Below, in pieces: positions 29,201-37,793 of a DNA stretch of 64,000 bases. The stretch is from a candidate division WOR-3 bacterium (GTDB lineage: Bacteria; Hydrothermota; Tepidihabitantia; Tepidihabitantales; Tepidihabitantaceae). Both the position numbers and the translations under genes were made by a program. The DNA lies in NCBI GenBank assembly GCA_965649295.1, contig CBFGKH010000007.1, positions 96,230 through 160,229 of the forward strand, written 5' to 3'. The number at the start of each line of letters is the position of its first letter. Positions within the stretch are counted from its first letter, which is position 1. The notes below the pieces were generated by a model, which saw nothing but the letters and a program-made list of their open reading frames with translations, did not search any database and was not told the origin of the DNA.

Positions 29201-31451
29201 TTATTGGTGGCGGGTGCGCGGCACCGACAACTTTGGTAACATCGGAGCTTGGGGTAGTGGCAACTTCCGCACCATCGGCACGGCAGCGCCGGTACTGGTC
29301 GAGCCAGTCCCGAACGCTCGACTGAACGACGCGACACCTTACTTTGACTGGCTGCCAGCAGTTGATGCAGACTACTACCAGTTGCAGGTTTCACTCTATC
29401 CCGACTTCCATGAGACCTCGATTGACATCGAAACCGATGCGACCGACTTCACGCCGGTTGCAGCACTGGGTGACGGCCACTACTACTGGCACGTTCGTTC
29501 TTCGGCCAATGGCGGCGTCTCCTACGGCGACTGGTCGGCGACGCGCGAGTTTGACCTCGATGCCACGCCACCGGCAGCACCGGCTCTCATCTATCCGGGC
29601 AACAACGCGACGAACATCCCAGTCTGGCTGACCTTTGACTGGAGTGATGTCTCGCTACTAGGCAAGAGCAAGCCAGCCGGCAATCAGGGACAGCAGGACG
29701 TCATTGACTACTACGATATCCAGCTTGCCACTGACCGGAACTTCACGAATCTCGTGTTCAGCACCTCGATTCCGACCTCGCAGTACACGCCGGTCAATCC
29801 GCTGCAGTATTCGACTCGCTACTGGTGGCGGGTGCGCGGGATTGATGACTTCGAGAACGTCGGTCAGTGGGCGCGGGATTCATTCACGACCACGGTGACG
29901 GTGCCGGGAGCGCCGGTACTCATCTCGCCGACAAACGGAGCTAACTACGTGGCGGTGAACGGCAACCTGGTCTGGTATTCGGCAGTCGGTGCAGCCGAAT
30001 ATGACATCTATCTCGACGTCGTCAATCCGCCGGTCCGCCTCCTGGCCGAGCATGTAACCGACACGACCGTTGCCTACGCGGACCTGCCGCCAGGCACGCT
30101 TCATTACTGGCGCGTGGTAGCACGCAACCCGGGCGGCACGACGCCGTCCGAAGTCTGGTCATTTACGACCGGGGCGGCCCTGCCGCCCGGTTGGACTGCG
30201 CGTCGTGATACGCTGACCGGTACGGCGGTGAAGGACGGCGGTGGCTTGGTTTGCGACCCCGATGGACGGCAGCTCTACGCCCTCAAGGGTAATAAGACCT
30301 TTGAGTTCTGGCGCTACACGCCGGCAGAATCAACCTGGACAACGATGCCGCTGGTGCCGCCGGGGCCGAACCTAAAGCAGGTTTCGAAGGGCGCAGCGAT
30401 TACCTACGGCAACGGCTATGTCTATGTGATGAAGGGCAACGGCACGACCGAGTTCTACCGTTTCAACACGACGACGAGAGACTGGGAGTCTGCCCTGCGC
30501 AGTATCCCGCTGGAGCCGACGCAGCGGATGACCAAGGGCAAGCCGGTCAAAGCTGGCGGCGGCCTGGCCTATGTCAACAAACAGGATACCGCTGAGTATG
30601 TGTATGTGCTCAAGGGCACCAGCACCGAGTTCTACAAATACGACATCGTTCGCGACACGTTCTACACGCTTGACGCCGCGCCCTACAATACCAAGGCGAA
30701 GTATGACAAGGGTTCCTGGATTGTCTATGACGGCAGCCGCTACATCTACGCGATGCAGGCGAAGTACAACGCCCTGTTCCGTTACGATGTTGTAGGCGAG
30801 CAGTGGGTGACAACGCCGGCACTCTCGCAGATGCCGTTTGTCGGCCGTTCGCGCAAGTCGAAGAAGGTTGGCGACGGTTCGGCTGCGACCTGGGACGGTC
30901 GGGCCATCTACGCGTTCAAGGGTAACAACACGCAGGAGTTCTGGACTTATCGGCCTGGGGCTGACGGCGATACCTGGGTTGAGCTGGAGACGATTCCGCA
31001 GGCATACGCGGAGGGCAAGAAGAAGAAGGTCAAGGCCGGAGCGGCACTGGCCTTCTACCCAGAGACCGGAGTCATCTATGCCCTGAAGGGCAACAAGTCG
31101 AACCAGTTCTGGGTCTATACTCCGAGCGCAACGCTCGCCTGGACACCACGGCCGAGCCGCGAAGGCGTGAGCGTCGAAGCCACCAGCCAAAACTCGCGAT
31201 CGGCGCTGGCGATAGTTCCGAATCCGCTGACTGGCAACCAGGCAGTAGTCCGTTACAGCCTGTCGCGGCCGGGAATGGTCAGCCTGAGCGTCTGTGATGT
31301 CACTGGTCGAGTGGTGATGACGCGAGCATTTGCGGCTGGCCGGACCGGCGCGCAGAACTTGGACCTGCGTGAGCTTGCTGCCGGAGTGTATCTGGTCAAG
31401 CTCGACGCGGACGGGTTCAGTTCGAGCCAGAAGCTCGTGGTCGAACGTTAG
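23202..31451 (+). CDS. Giant secreted surface protein: G8-like N-terminus, long Asn/Thr/Gly beta-helix, CARDB/FN3-like modules, Kelch-like propeller, T9SS-like C-terminal domain
   Basis: RBS ggagg, ATG 23202, signal peptide; many GxLTNN repeats; YYWRV modules; YALKGNKT-type blades; PNP..DVTGR..AGVYLVKL. Confidence 0.85.
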   Translation: MLRQFHSARIALAVVLLLGAAVPAWAITVTSTGSGNWGAAIWTPSPPAFGDDVIIAAGHTVTLNVNPPDLGSLTVNGTLQRPSDASNYQLYVLGNITVAVGGSINFSAGTGVVTVTCDGSVTNNSASASALNLTRCPLTVGGTLNNNAGTITTTTGNVTVTGLYTNASGATHNHTGAGVVQFNGGFTNSGIYAHSGTGALTIGGTGLNNAVAGASFTCAAASLTINGGLQNSANTCTYSAAGPFNITGNVTNSGTFTISGAANVTVDPNFTNTGTVNFSYNPGAAASCSLYVVGDLNNNAGSFTLNHHGLRVGGNLTNGGTFTKAGTNNFIRPMRVLGKLVNNSKFYVTTTSTIYNLYVGDTLRNEDSINVAGATTRNDTVGSLVNNKSIVYGAQGLVVWREAGEANFANSVATSRFNRTGNGLTEVKDNHTNAGLDTIQGTGAFTVGGVLNNSGRFRATNTGAYTADVNAGQLINSNSFVLAGTHGLNVTGNVTNAGTFSRSAGTNARPIRVGGDWSNAGGSSLYVLATNTASRFVVLGTLTNNADTMHITGAGSTYYDTIGTLVNNRVLNYVAANLQVNNNFTNGTGTAGRFRHTGGGAIRVTGNLTNNDTLLFTATSGRLVVLGTRTNNDYDTLVGANNRWDTAGTLVNNGRIVYNFQQLQVLDGGFTNNAGCTYLRLGGTNTTNMTRVDGDLTNHGDLLFRSAAGGRFVVLGTFTNSATGYDSMVGAGQWDTVGVLVNNNRIVYGNQWLQVLTSFTNAGVYQRLATTNLTRVGDAAQGTGDVLNNGKLLFNINAGRFCAFGTVTNNDSIYVNGVTTSTDTFGNLINNKNLIYTNQSIWVRGDFTNNAPDGVHKRTAPAAATMLVEGNLTNHRILDLSNMTSWLRVRGTLTNNDSLCHTANVTDSVTTRFVNGPSARAWLPLANLWTGPNGDMENHGLFWKNTGSVIVGDTYINTGIDSIRGSTTRNVGTLVNSGTICQRVNAATTFTVSGNCQNSGFFDNRGSQLALTVGGDFTNTGIYRDSAQCVLTVGGHLNNGPTGVIDKYPTSLGTYWHRRNFNGSVTNQNSTPGAFDLTWAYVYFGGNNPGTVTSVTELVCDSVRVEKGDAATTLTFNNTGLRIPVNNLTIARGTMIMNGGSLWVDNSGANVGRVQGLQGAGLTMQGRLQIQGGCQADIRWLDQKNLTGVSRFVVDGAGTVVNIDSIHELNALSPLPAPVCSILGGAVHYKGSGTVANSSLYIIQNGTEGGGWYATGGDVYFYGNIYCTGPTNFVAGSGAALHFVGNKSSTVTMTTGPIIGVTNWSLGTLLVEKQSPQNLFLTSTASLGDNYVQTADVYVIFGATLSLGGTFSSSAYGYRINGSIQNDGVISIGGTPNYGIYVSGNWIGIGSYTHGQRPVTFDGPGNATLNVGASSPFYNLTVTKPSGSLTLGSNLQVHNQLQVTNGTLNLASKTLTLGTNSAAGQVVVSGANSIFSAVGQPGATITAQSASYPYAFSVQSGGRIAASYATFNRMNANGINIPGGAFVDPPYFQNCTFQNGAAAPSAMLTIENNQTLDNMRYLNFDGSGDKNIRKTLNQGYIRVRGGSGLRWGESYEQDPNNLIDWGGEHDVRVSHIIVPAGSLDSGVLIAPRCSVENLGLVTEPSYQVRMKIGSFYDEMVTVTNHEADTRQEVVFPARSDWPRGFGYAVSCSTRLTGDQFPSNDRMTGTVDVHVHDAAAEAFGLPANGGSILPGTVLNPTGVVRNTSFSNVPTDIPATLVFGTGPTPYSGSGTATNVAVGATATVNFEATPPLAAGYYTMTLSTAHVPDVVPENNTLSGEFLVMAAASGLSPDNDSFNYRNIALSWSPVAQADSYRVEVDNNSDFASPEFVASGITSTGVTTSALLDGHYYWRVCGVGHNILGPWASSQFDLDATPPVAPTLVQPAPGATNVSRIPTFEWTEVTFKSKDRLATTQPLGTDLVVHYDLTLARDPAFSDIVFSVQTSGLTYVCPVQLDYATDYWWRVRGTDNFGNIGAWGSGNFRTIGTAAPVLVEPVPNARLNDATPYFDWLPAVDADYYQLQVSLYPDFHETSIDIETDATDFTPVAALGDGHYYWHVRSSANGGVSYGDWSATREFDLDATPPAAPALIYPGNNATNIPVWLTFDWSDVSLLGKSKPAGNQGQQDVIDYYDIQLATDRNFTNLVFSTSIPTSQYTPVNPLQYSTRYWWRVRGIDDFENVGQWARDSFTTTVTVPGAPVLISPTNGANYVAVNGNLVWYSAVGAAEYDIYLDVVNPPVRLLAEHVTDTTVAYADLPPGTLHYWRVVARNPGGTTPSEVWSFTTGAALPPGWTARRDTLTGTAVKDGGGLVCDPDGRQLYALKGNKTFEFWRYTPAESTWTTMPLVPPGPNLKQVSKGAAITYGNGYVYVMKGNGTTEFYRFNTTTRDWESALRSIPLEPTQRMTKGKPVKAGGGLAYVNKQDTAEYVYVLKGTSTEFYKYDIVRDTFYTLDAAPYNTKAKYDKGSWIVYDGSRYIYAMQAKYNALFRYDVVGEQWVTTPALSQMPFVGRSRKSKKVGDGSAATWDGRAIYAFKGNNTQEFWTYRPGADGDTWVELETIPQAYAEGKKKKVKAGAALAFYPETGVIYALKGNKSNQFWVYTPSATLAWTPRPSREGVSVEATSQNSRSALAIVPNPLTGNQAVVRYSLSRPGMVSLSVCDVTGRVVMTRAFAAGRTGAQNLDLRELAAGVYLVKLDADGFSSSQKLVVER

Positions 31452-31477
31452 TATCCGGCCGCTTGGGGGCGGCAAGC

Positions 31478-31511
31478 AAAGGGAGCGGCAGGCTGGTCTG
31501 CCGCTCCCTTT
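31478..31511 (+). terminator. Intrinsic terminator hairpin
   Basis: aaagggagcggcag-N6-ctgccgctcccttt; followed by TTGACT-N16-TAAGAT promoter at 31510-31537. Confidence 0.75.
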
Positions 31512-31637
31512 GACTTTGGGCAGAGACTGGCTAAGATTAGCTGTTGAAACGGTGCCGTTGCTTGGACCGCAGCAGCCTCGTGAGCGGGTCTGGGCCGGTG
31601 CCGGAAGACTGGTGAAAAAGCCGAGCGCGAGGGTTAC

Positions 31638-34600
31638 ATGCGGAAATGTCTGTTGCTCTTGTCCATTGCGGCCTTGCCGCTGTTCGCCGAGTCCATCGCG
31701 ACAACTGTACGTTTTGATATCAAGGAGCTGTCGCTGTCAGTAACTGACGGCGGCGATGTTGTTGAGTTAGCAGGTTATCCGGCACTGGTTCAGCCGGGAA
31801 TGCCGCGTCTGCCACGGGTTGTGCAGACGGTGGTAATTCCGGCTGGTGCCGAGCCAACCGGTGTCGAGGTAACCGAAGTTGAGTGGCAGCCGGTACCGGG
31901 CCGGTTCAACGTCGTACCGGCCCAGCCCGATGTGCCGCTACCGATGCCGGGCAAGAGTTTTGCGTTGCCCAACGTGGCGCGAGATGCTGCTGTTTACAGT
32001 TCAACTGCTCCTTATCCGGCAGCGGTTGTTCGGTTGCTCGATGCCGGCACGATGAACGGGTATCGCCTCGCTCATGTTGAGCTGCGGCCGGTGCGCTATA
32101 TTCCGGGAACTGGCGAGCTTCTGCTGGCGACGCGTATCAGCTACCAGCTGGAGTATGCCCGTTCGGCCGAAGTCGGAACTGTCCCAACGCAAGCACAACT
32201 GGAAGAGGCTGGCCGGCGGTTGCGGCAGCTTGTTGTCAACCCGGGTGATGTCAGTCGTTTCGCACCGCGGGTGTCTAGGTCTGCGCTCTCGACGCTACCA
32301 CCGGGCAACTATCCTTATGTCATCATCTCGGCGCCGCCGGTTGACACCTGTTTTCAGCGCCTGGCTGATTGGAAGACGCGCAAAGGCGTGCCGGCAACTG
32401 TTGTTACGGTTTCTTATATTGCTGCTAACTACACTGGCACTGATACGCAGACGAAGATTCGGAACTTCATCATTGATGCTTACCAGACGTGGGGCACGAA
32501 CTACGTCCTCTTGGGTGGTTCGGGCGACCAGAAGAATTCGGGGCAGAACCTGGTGCCGGCGCGGCGCTGCTACTATACTGCATCAGGAGCGGGCTACTAC
32601 AGCGACGAGGACATGATTCCCTGCGACCTCTATTACGGCGGGCTTGACGGAACCTGGAACGCCGACGGCGATACTATCTGGGGCGAGCGGACCGATAACG
32701 CCGACATGTACGCCGACGTGCACGTCGGCCGGGCCTCGGTCTATACCGTGGCACAGGCCCAGAACTTCGTCAACAAGGTGCTGACCTATGAGCAGAACCC
32801 GCCGACGAACTATGTGCGCAAGATGCTCCTGCCGGCAGCGATTCTCTGGTCGAGCTACAACGAACGGCCGACGCAGGAGTCTATTGCCCGGATGACGCCG
32901 ACTGAATGGCTTGATGCCAAGCTGTATGAGCGGACGAGCACACTGTCGCGGACAAGAATGCGCGATTCGATGAACTCGGGTTTCGGCATGGGCCATTGGG
33001 TTGGTCATGGTGACGAGTATGGTATCTACATGGGCTCAAGCCCCTATCTCAACTCTAGCGATGCGCAGACCCTGACTAATGGTGACAAGATTGGCGTCCA
33101 TGCTTCGATTGCCTGCTTTACCGGCGCCTGGGACGAAGTTCCTTCGGGTGGTGATTGTTTTGCCGAGCACCTGATGAATCGGGTCGGCGGTGGCACCGCG
33201 GCAGTGCTGATGAACTCGCGTTATGGCTGGGGCGCGTATATTCCTGGCACTGGTTACGTATTCGGGCCGTCAGAGCGCCTGGACACGACCTTCTGCTCGG
33301 CGGTGCTCAATCAGAACAACTTCCGGGTTGGGCCGGCTCTCACCTATGCCAAGAGCTCATGGGTTCCTTATGCCGATTCGACCGGCCGTTACGATATGAT
33401 GCGGTGGTGTATCTATGAGCTCAATATCTTTGGAGACCCGGAGCTGCCAATCTGGACCGACGAGCCAGCGACCCTGACGGTCGCGCATGCCGGGACGATT
33501 ACAACCGGTATGAATCTGCCATATACCGTGACCGTTACCACGGGCGCAAGCGTGCCACTGGAGTCGGCCAGGGTCGTGCTCTGGAAGGGTAATGAGGTCT
33601 ATGCGAGCGGTCTGACCAATGCCAGCGGACAGGTAATCTTGCTCGTGTCGCCGCAGACTGTCGGCACAATGCTTCTGACAGTTACGAAGCGCAATTATCG
33701 GCCTCATCTGGGGACAGTGAACGTGACAGCCGGACCAACCTACGATGTCGGTTGTGCGACAATTCTCGTGCCGAGCGGCACGATTGACTCCGGCACAGTT
33801 GTGACGCCGGCGTGCACGGTGGCGAACTATGGCACCGGCACAGCGAGCTACACGGTGCGGATGAAGATTGGCGCGGCCTACAATCAGACCGCGACCGTGA
33901 CAAACCAGCCAGCCGGCGCCCGAACTTATGTCACTTTCCCGGCTTGGACAGCAACTGGTCGGGGCAGCTTCAGCGTGAGCTGCTCCACCGAACTCGGCAG
34001 CGATGTGAACCAGGGCAATGACAAGCAGACCGGCAGCGTCATGCTGGCGGTGCGCGATGTCGGTTGCGCGGCGATTGTTGCGCCGAGCGGTACGATTGAC
34101 TCCGGCACAGTTGTGACGCCGGCGTGCACGGTGGCGAACTATGGCACCGGCACAGCGAGCTACACGGTGCGGATGAAGATTGGCGCGGCTTACAATCAGG
34201 CCGCGACCGTGACAAACCAGCCAGCCGGCGCGCGGACCTACGTCACCTTCCCAGCCTGGACAGCGACTAGCCGGGGCAGCTTCAGTGTGAGCTGTTCGAC
34301 TGAACTGGCGGGTGACGGTGTGGCTAGCAATGACAAACAGACCGGCACTGTGACGGTGGTAGTGCGCGATATCGAAGTCATGGCGATTCTAGCACCAACC
34401 GGCACGGTTGATTCGGGCACGGTGATTACACCGCAAGCGACAGTCCGGAACAACGGTACTGCTGCGGCAACGTTCACGGTGCAACTGACGATAGCCGGCG
34501 GCTCGTATTCGAACACGCAGACCGTGACCAATCTGGCTGCGGGCGCGGCTCAGACGGTGACATTTGCGAACTGGACAGCGTTGCCGCGAGGCGGGCCGTA

Positions 34601-37220
34601 TGCGGTGAACTGTGTGGCGGTGCTGACCGGCGACATGGTGCCGGCAAACAACTCGGCAAACGGTAGCGTGACAGTAGCGGTGCGCGATGTCGGCTGTTCG
34701 GTGCTGCTGGCACCAAGTGGGACAGTTGACTCCGGTACGGTGGTGACACCGGCCTGCACAGTGGCAAACTACGGGACTGGCCCAGCAAGCTACACGGTGC
34801 GGATGCGGATTGGCGCGAGCTATGAGCAGACAGCAGTAGTGACGAATCAGCCGGCCGGTGCGCGAACCTATGTCACTTTCCCGGTTTGGACCGCAACTGG
34901 CCGGGGCACCTTCGCCGTGACCTGTTCGACCGAGTATGGGAATGATATGGTCAGCGATAACGACAAGCAGACGGGCAACGTGACTCTGGCAGTGCGCGAT
35001 GTTGGCTGCCTGGCCATTCTTGCGCCGCTGGGGATGATTGACTCCGGCACAGTGGTGACGCCGGCTTGCAGTGTGGTCAACTACGGGGCCAGTCCAGCGA
35101 CTTACACGGTGCGGATGCAGATTGGGGCTGACTACGATGAGATTGCGCAGGTGACCAGTCAGGCACCAGGGGCTAGGAGCCTGATTCTTTTCCCGGCCTG
35201 GACTGCCCAGAGGCGGGGTGGCTTCGCGGTGAGTTGTGCCACCGAATACAGTGACGACATGGTGCCGGACAATAATACTGCGAGTCAGGCTGGGTTGGTC
35301 GCGGTGCACGATGCTGCGGTCACGGCTGTGACCTGGCCAGTCGGCGCAGTGCCACCAGGGCCGCTGGTGCCAACCGCGATGCTCAGCAATCGTGGCAATC
35401 TGCGGGAGCCGGTTAGAGTCTTCTGCTCTATCAACTCACTGCCTAGTTATCAGGACAGTGTCGTGCTGGCGGCTGGTCTGCCGGTTGGGCTTGATACCGT
35501 GATTAGTTTCAGTCCGTGGCTGGCGAGTTTTGGCGATTATGTCGTACGTTGCTCGGTTGCGCTGGTAACAGAGCAGCAACCGGCGAACAACGTCACCGGC
35601 CACAGCTTCCACGTTATTGGGCTGCCCGATGTGGGCTGTGCAGCAATTGTCGCGCCGACCGGCACGATTGACACAGCGACGGCCGTGGTGCCGAAGGCGT
35701 GGGTGCGCAACTGGGGCAGCGTCACGGCCAGTCTTGATGTGGTCTGTCGCATTCAGCGCGGAACGACGACGGTTCATAGCGACACGCAGTTCGTGGCGGC
35801 GTTGGGGTCAGGCGAGAGCCTGCTCGTGTCGTTTGCTGCCTGGCCGCAGCCGCACCAGCCGGGTCGTTATCTCGTCGCCTGTTCTACGCGCTGGGTGATG
35901 GACAGCGTGCCGACCAATGACCGCGTTGAGACTGAGTTCCTAGTCACTGTCGGGCAGACCGTAACCGGCTGGCAGCCGGCGGAGTCGCTGCCAAGCAGCG
36001 TTCCGGTTCGTGAAGGCGGCGCACTCTGCTGCGACCAGGAGTGGCAGATGGTCTTCTCGCTCCTTGGCAACCGTACCCGCGAGTTCTTCGGATTTGATCC
36101 ATACAGCGGTCGCTGGACTCAACTGCCGCCAATGCCAGCTGGCGCTAGCAATCGGCCCGTGGCTCGGGGCGGAGCGCTTTGTGCGGGCGGTGGTCAGGTC
36201 TATGCCCTGAAAGGGAACAGTACGCGCGAGTTCTACCGCTACGACCCAGCGACTGGGACCTGGACGGAGTTGGAGCCGGTGCCGCTGGCCCTGGATCAGT
36301 CGGCAACGCGGGGTCGGCCGGTGCGGGCCGGCGCGAGCCTTGCCTATGTCAGTCGTAATGACTCAGGGTTCGTGTATGTCCTAAAGGGCTATGGCACTGA
36401 GTTCTATCGCTACGATGTCGCCAGCGATACGCATGTCAGCCTTGGCAGTGTGCCGTATTCGACGCAGCCGCGCTATGACAAAGGCTCGTGGCTTGTCTAT
36501 GACGGCAGCCGCTATCTCTATCTCCTGCAGGGGCGTTACAATGCCCTGTTCCGTTATGATGTAGGGGCTGAGCAGTGGGTGACGGCGCCGGCGTTGACAC
36601 CAATGCCTTTCAACAGCAGCCGGCCCAGTAACAAGAAATCGGGTGACGGCGGCTGCGCCAGTTCGGATGGTCGGGTCATCTATGCGCTCAAGGGCAACAA
36701 TACCCAGGAGTTCTGGCAGTACCGACCTGGTACGACGGGCGATACCTGGGTTGAGCTGGAGACGATTCCGCGCTCGATGTTCCCGGGTGGTCAGCGCAAG
36801 AAGGTAAGGTATGGCGGTGGGATTGCCTATTTCGCTCCGACAGGCGTGCTCTATGCCCAGAAGGGTAACAGCTCACGCCAGTTCTGGGTCTATACACCGG
36901 CCCGGACAGTGCTGGCACAGCGGCCGCAGCGCGATGGTGTCCAGGCAGAAGAGGCAGTGAACGACGATTCTCCAATGAGGCTTGGGCCGAACCCGCTCCG
37001 TTCCGGGTTCCTCAACCTGAGCATTGGTGCGTTCTCGCAGCCGGTTACCATATCCATCCACGATGCGCTCGGCCGCTCGGTTCTCACTCGCCAGTTGGGC
37101 GTCGGCCGTAGCGGCACGCGCGCTACGCTTGACCTGCGGGCGCTGCCGGCTGGAGTCTATCTTGTCCGGCTCGATCGCGGGGATCGGTGCGAGTCACGCA
37201 AGTTGGTCATCGAAGAGTAG
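31638..37220 (+). CDS. Gingipain-like C25 cysteine peptidase with propeptide, tandem CARDB repeats, Kelch-like propeller and T9SS-like C-terminal domain
   Basis: LADWKTRKG, VHVGR, WVGHG (His), SIACFTG (Cys), IFGDPEL; ~104-aa repeats; C-terminal LPAGVYLVRL. Confidence 0.9.
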   Translation: MRKCLLLLSIAALPLFAESIATTVRFDIKELSLSVTDGGDVVELAGYPALVQPGMPRLPRVVQTVVIPAGAEPTGVEVTEVEWQPVPGRFNVVPAQPDVPLPMPGKSFALPNVARDAAVYSSTAPYPAAVVRLLDAGTMNGYRLAHVELRPVRYIPGTGELLLATRISYQLEYARSAEVGTVPTQAQLEEAGRRLRQLVVNPGDVSRFAPRVSRSALSTLPPGNYPYVIISAPPVDTCFQRLADWKTRKGVPATVVTVSYIAANYTGTDTQTKIRNFIIDAYQTWGTNYVLLGGSGDQKNSGQNLVPARRCYYTASGAGYYSDEDMIPCDLYYGGLDGTWNADGDTIWGERTDNADMYADVHVGRASVYTVAQAQNFVNKVLTYEQNPPTNYVRKMLLPAAILWSSYNERPTQESIARMTPTEWLDAKLYERTSTLSRTRMRDSMNSGFGMGHWVGHGDEYGIYMGSSPYLNSSDAQTLTNGDKIGVHASIACFTGAWDEVPSGGDCFAEHLMNRVGGGTAAVLMNSRYGWGAYIPGTGYVFGPSERLDTTFCSAVLNQNNFRVGPALTYAKSSWVPYADSTGRYDMMRWCIYELNIFGDPELPIWTDEPATLTVAHAGTITTGMNLPYTVTVTTGASVPLESARVVLWKGNEVYASGLTNASGQVILLVSPQTVGTMLLTVTKRNYRPHLGTVNVTAGPTYDVGCATILVPSGTIDSGTVVTPACTVANYGTGTASYTVRMKIGAAYNQTATVTNQPAGARTYVTFPAWTATGRGSFSVSCSTELGSDVNQGNDKQTGSVMLAVRDVGCAAIVAPSGTIDSGTVVTPACTVANYGTGTASYTVRMKIGAAYNQAATVTNQPAGARTYVTFPAWTATSRGSFSVSCSTELAGDGVASNDKQTGTVTVVVRDIEVMAILAPTGTVDSGTVITPQATVRNNGTAAATFTVQLTIAGGSYSNTQTVTNLAAGAAQTVTFANWTALPRGGPYAVNCVAVLTGDMVPANNSANGSVTVAVRDVGCSVLLAPSGTVDSGTVVTPACTVANYGTGPASYTVRMRIGASYEQTAVVTNQPAGARTYVTFPVWTATGRGTFAVTCSTEYGNDMVSDNDKQTGNVTLAVRDVGCLAILAPLGMIDSGTVVTPACSVVNYGASPATYTVRMQIGADYDEIAQVTSQAPGARSLILFPAWTAQRRGGFAVSCATEYSDDMVPDNNTASQAGLVAVHDAAVTAVTWPVGAVPPGPLVPTAMLSNRGNLREPVRVFCSINSLPSYQDSVVLAAGLPVGLDTVISFSPWLASFGDYVVRCSVALVTEQQPANNVTGHSFHVIGLPDVGCAAIVAPTGTIDTATAVVPKAWVRNWGSVTASLDVVCRIQRGTTTVHSDTQFVAALGSGESLLVSFAAWPQPHQPGRYLVACSTRWVMDSVPTNDRVETEFLVTVGQTVTGWQPAESLPSSVPVREGGALCCDQEWQMVFSLLGNRTREFFGFDPYSGRWTQLPPMPAGASNRPVARGGALCAGGGQVYALKGNSTREFYRYDPATGTWTELEPVPLALDQSATRGRPVRAGASLAYVSRNDSGFVYVLKGYGTEFYRYDVASDTHVSLGSVPYSTQPRYDKGSWLVYDGSRYLYLLQGRYNALFRYDVGAEQWVTAPALTPMPFNSSRPSNKKSGDGGCASSDGRVIYALKGNNTQEFWQYRPGTTGDTWVELETIPRSMFPGGQRKKVRYGGGIAYFAPTGVLYAQKGNSSRQFWVYTPARTVLAQRPQRDGVQAEEAVNDDSPMRLGPNPLRSGFLNLSIGAFSQPVTISIHDALGRSVLTRQLGVGRSGTRATLDLRALPAGVYLVRLDRGDRCESRKLVIEE
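33744..35310 (+). repeat. Tandem ~312-bp CARDB-coding repeats
   Basis: Units start at 33744 and 34056, with further copies downstream; ~98 nt identical between 33780-33877 and 34092-34189. Confidence 0.85.
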
Positions 37221-37241
37221 TTTCTGAAAGGCGGCAACAAT

Positions 37242-37266
37242 GGCGGCGGGCGAAAAGCCCGCCGCC
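37242..37266 (+). terminator. GC-rich hairpin after the C25 gene
   Basis: ggcggcgggc-gaaaa-gcccgccgcc; weak U-tract. Confidence 0.6.
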
Positions 37267-37304
37267 TCAGCTTCTGTTCGGGTCGTCTTTCTGAAGCAGC
37301 TGGC

Positions 37305-37681
37305 AGAACGGCCAAGGCCGGTGCCAGAACCGGGTCAATAGCAGCTTGGGCGACGCACTTGCAGGTAGTGAGCCAAGCCGATTTCCGAACCTGAACCCAA
37401 GTAGCTCCGACAATTGGTCGGATAATCTGTCCTTCGGGGGTTGTCGTCGGACTCTTCCTAGCTGGTTTCGTCACCATTGGCGAGACCTGTCTTGAGATTC
37501 AGCCGGAAAGAGTGGCAGAATCAGCGGGCAAGGCCGACTGAGAGAGCTGTCGGCTAGGAGTCGGCGAGGCAGTCCCGGGGACAGGGGAGGGGGAGGAACG
37601 AGAAATTGGCTATCAGATTGCAGGAGCCAGAGTTAGAAGCGATGAGGGTGATCCGGCTCTGCACCCCAAAAGAGGTGCAAC
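37305..37681 (+). repeat. Dispersed element copy B: 23 x 12-nt periodic units plus conserved end
   Basis: Same layout as 15655-16020 (minus strand); ends ctgcaccccaaaagaggtgcaac. Confidence 0.65.
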
Positions 37682-37793
37682 TGGGGTTTGTTGCCAGCCA
37701 AACCGTAGGCATTTGCGGAGCACGTAGTGCGGCCGGAATGCGGGGCGGCTCTGAACTCTTAGGTGAGTAGGCACGCCTAGCAGCAGGGATGGG

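Noticed and set aside
23508..35309. Long antisense ORFs (e.g. 23508..24659, 25635..26714, 30372..31475, 34389..35309)
   Set aside because: Shadow frames of GC-rich genes with no recognisable motifs.
15655..37681. CRISPR interpretation of the periodic tracts
   Set aside because: No identical 23-47 bp repeats separated by spacers, and no cas genes in the window.
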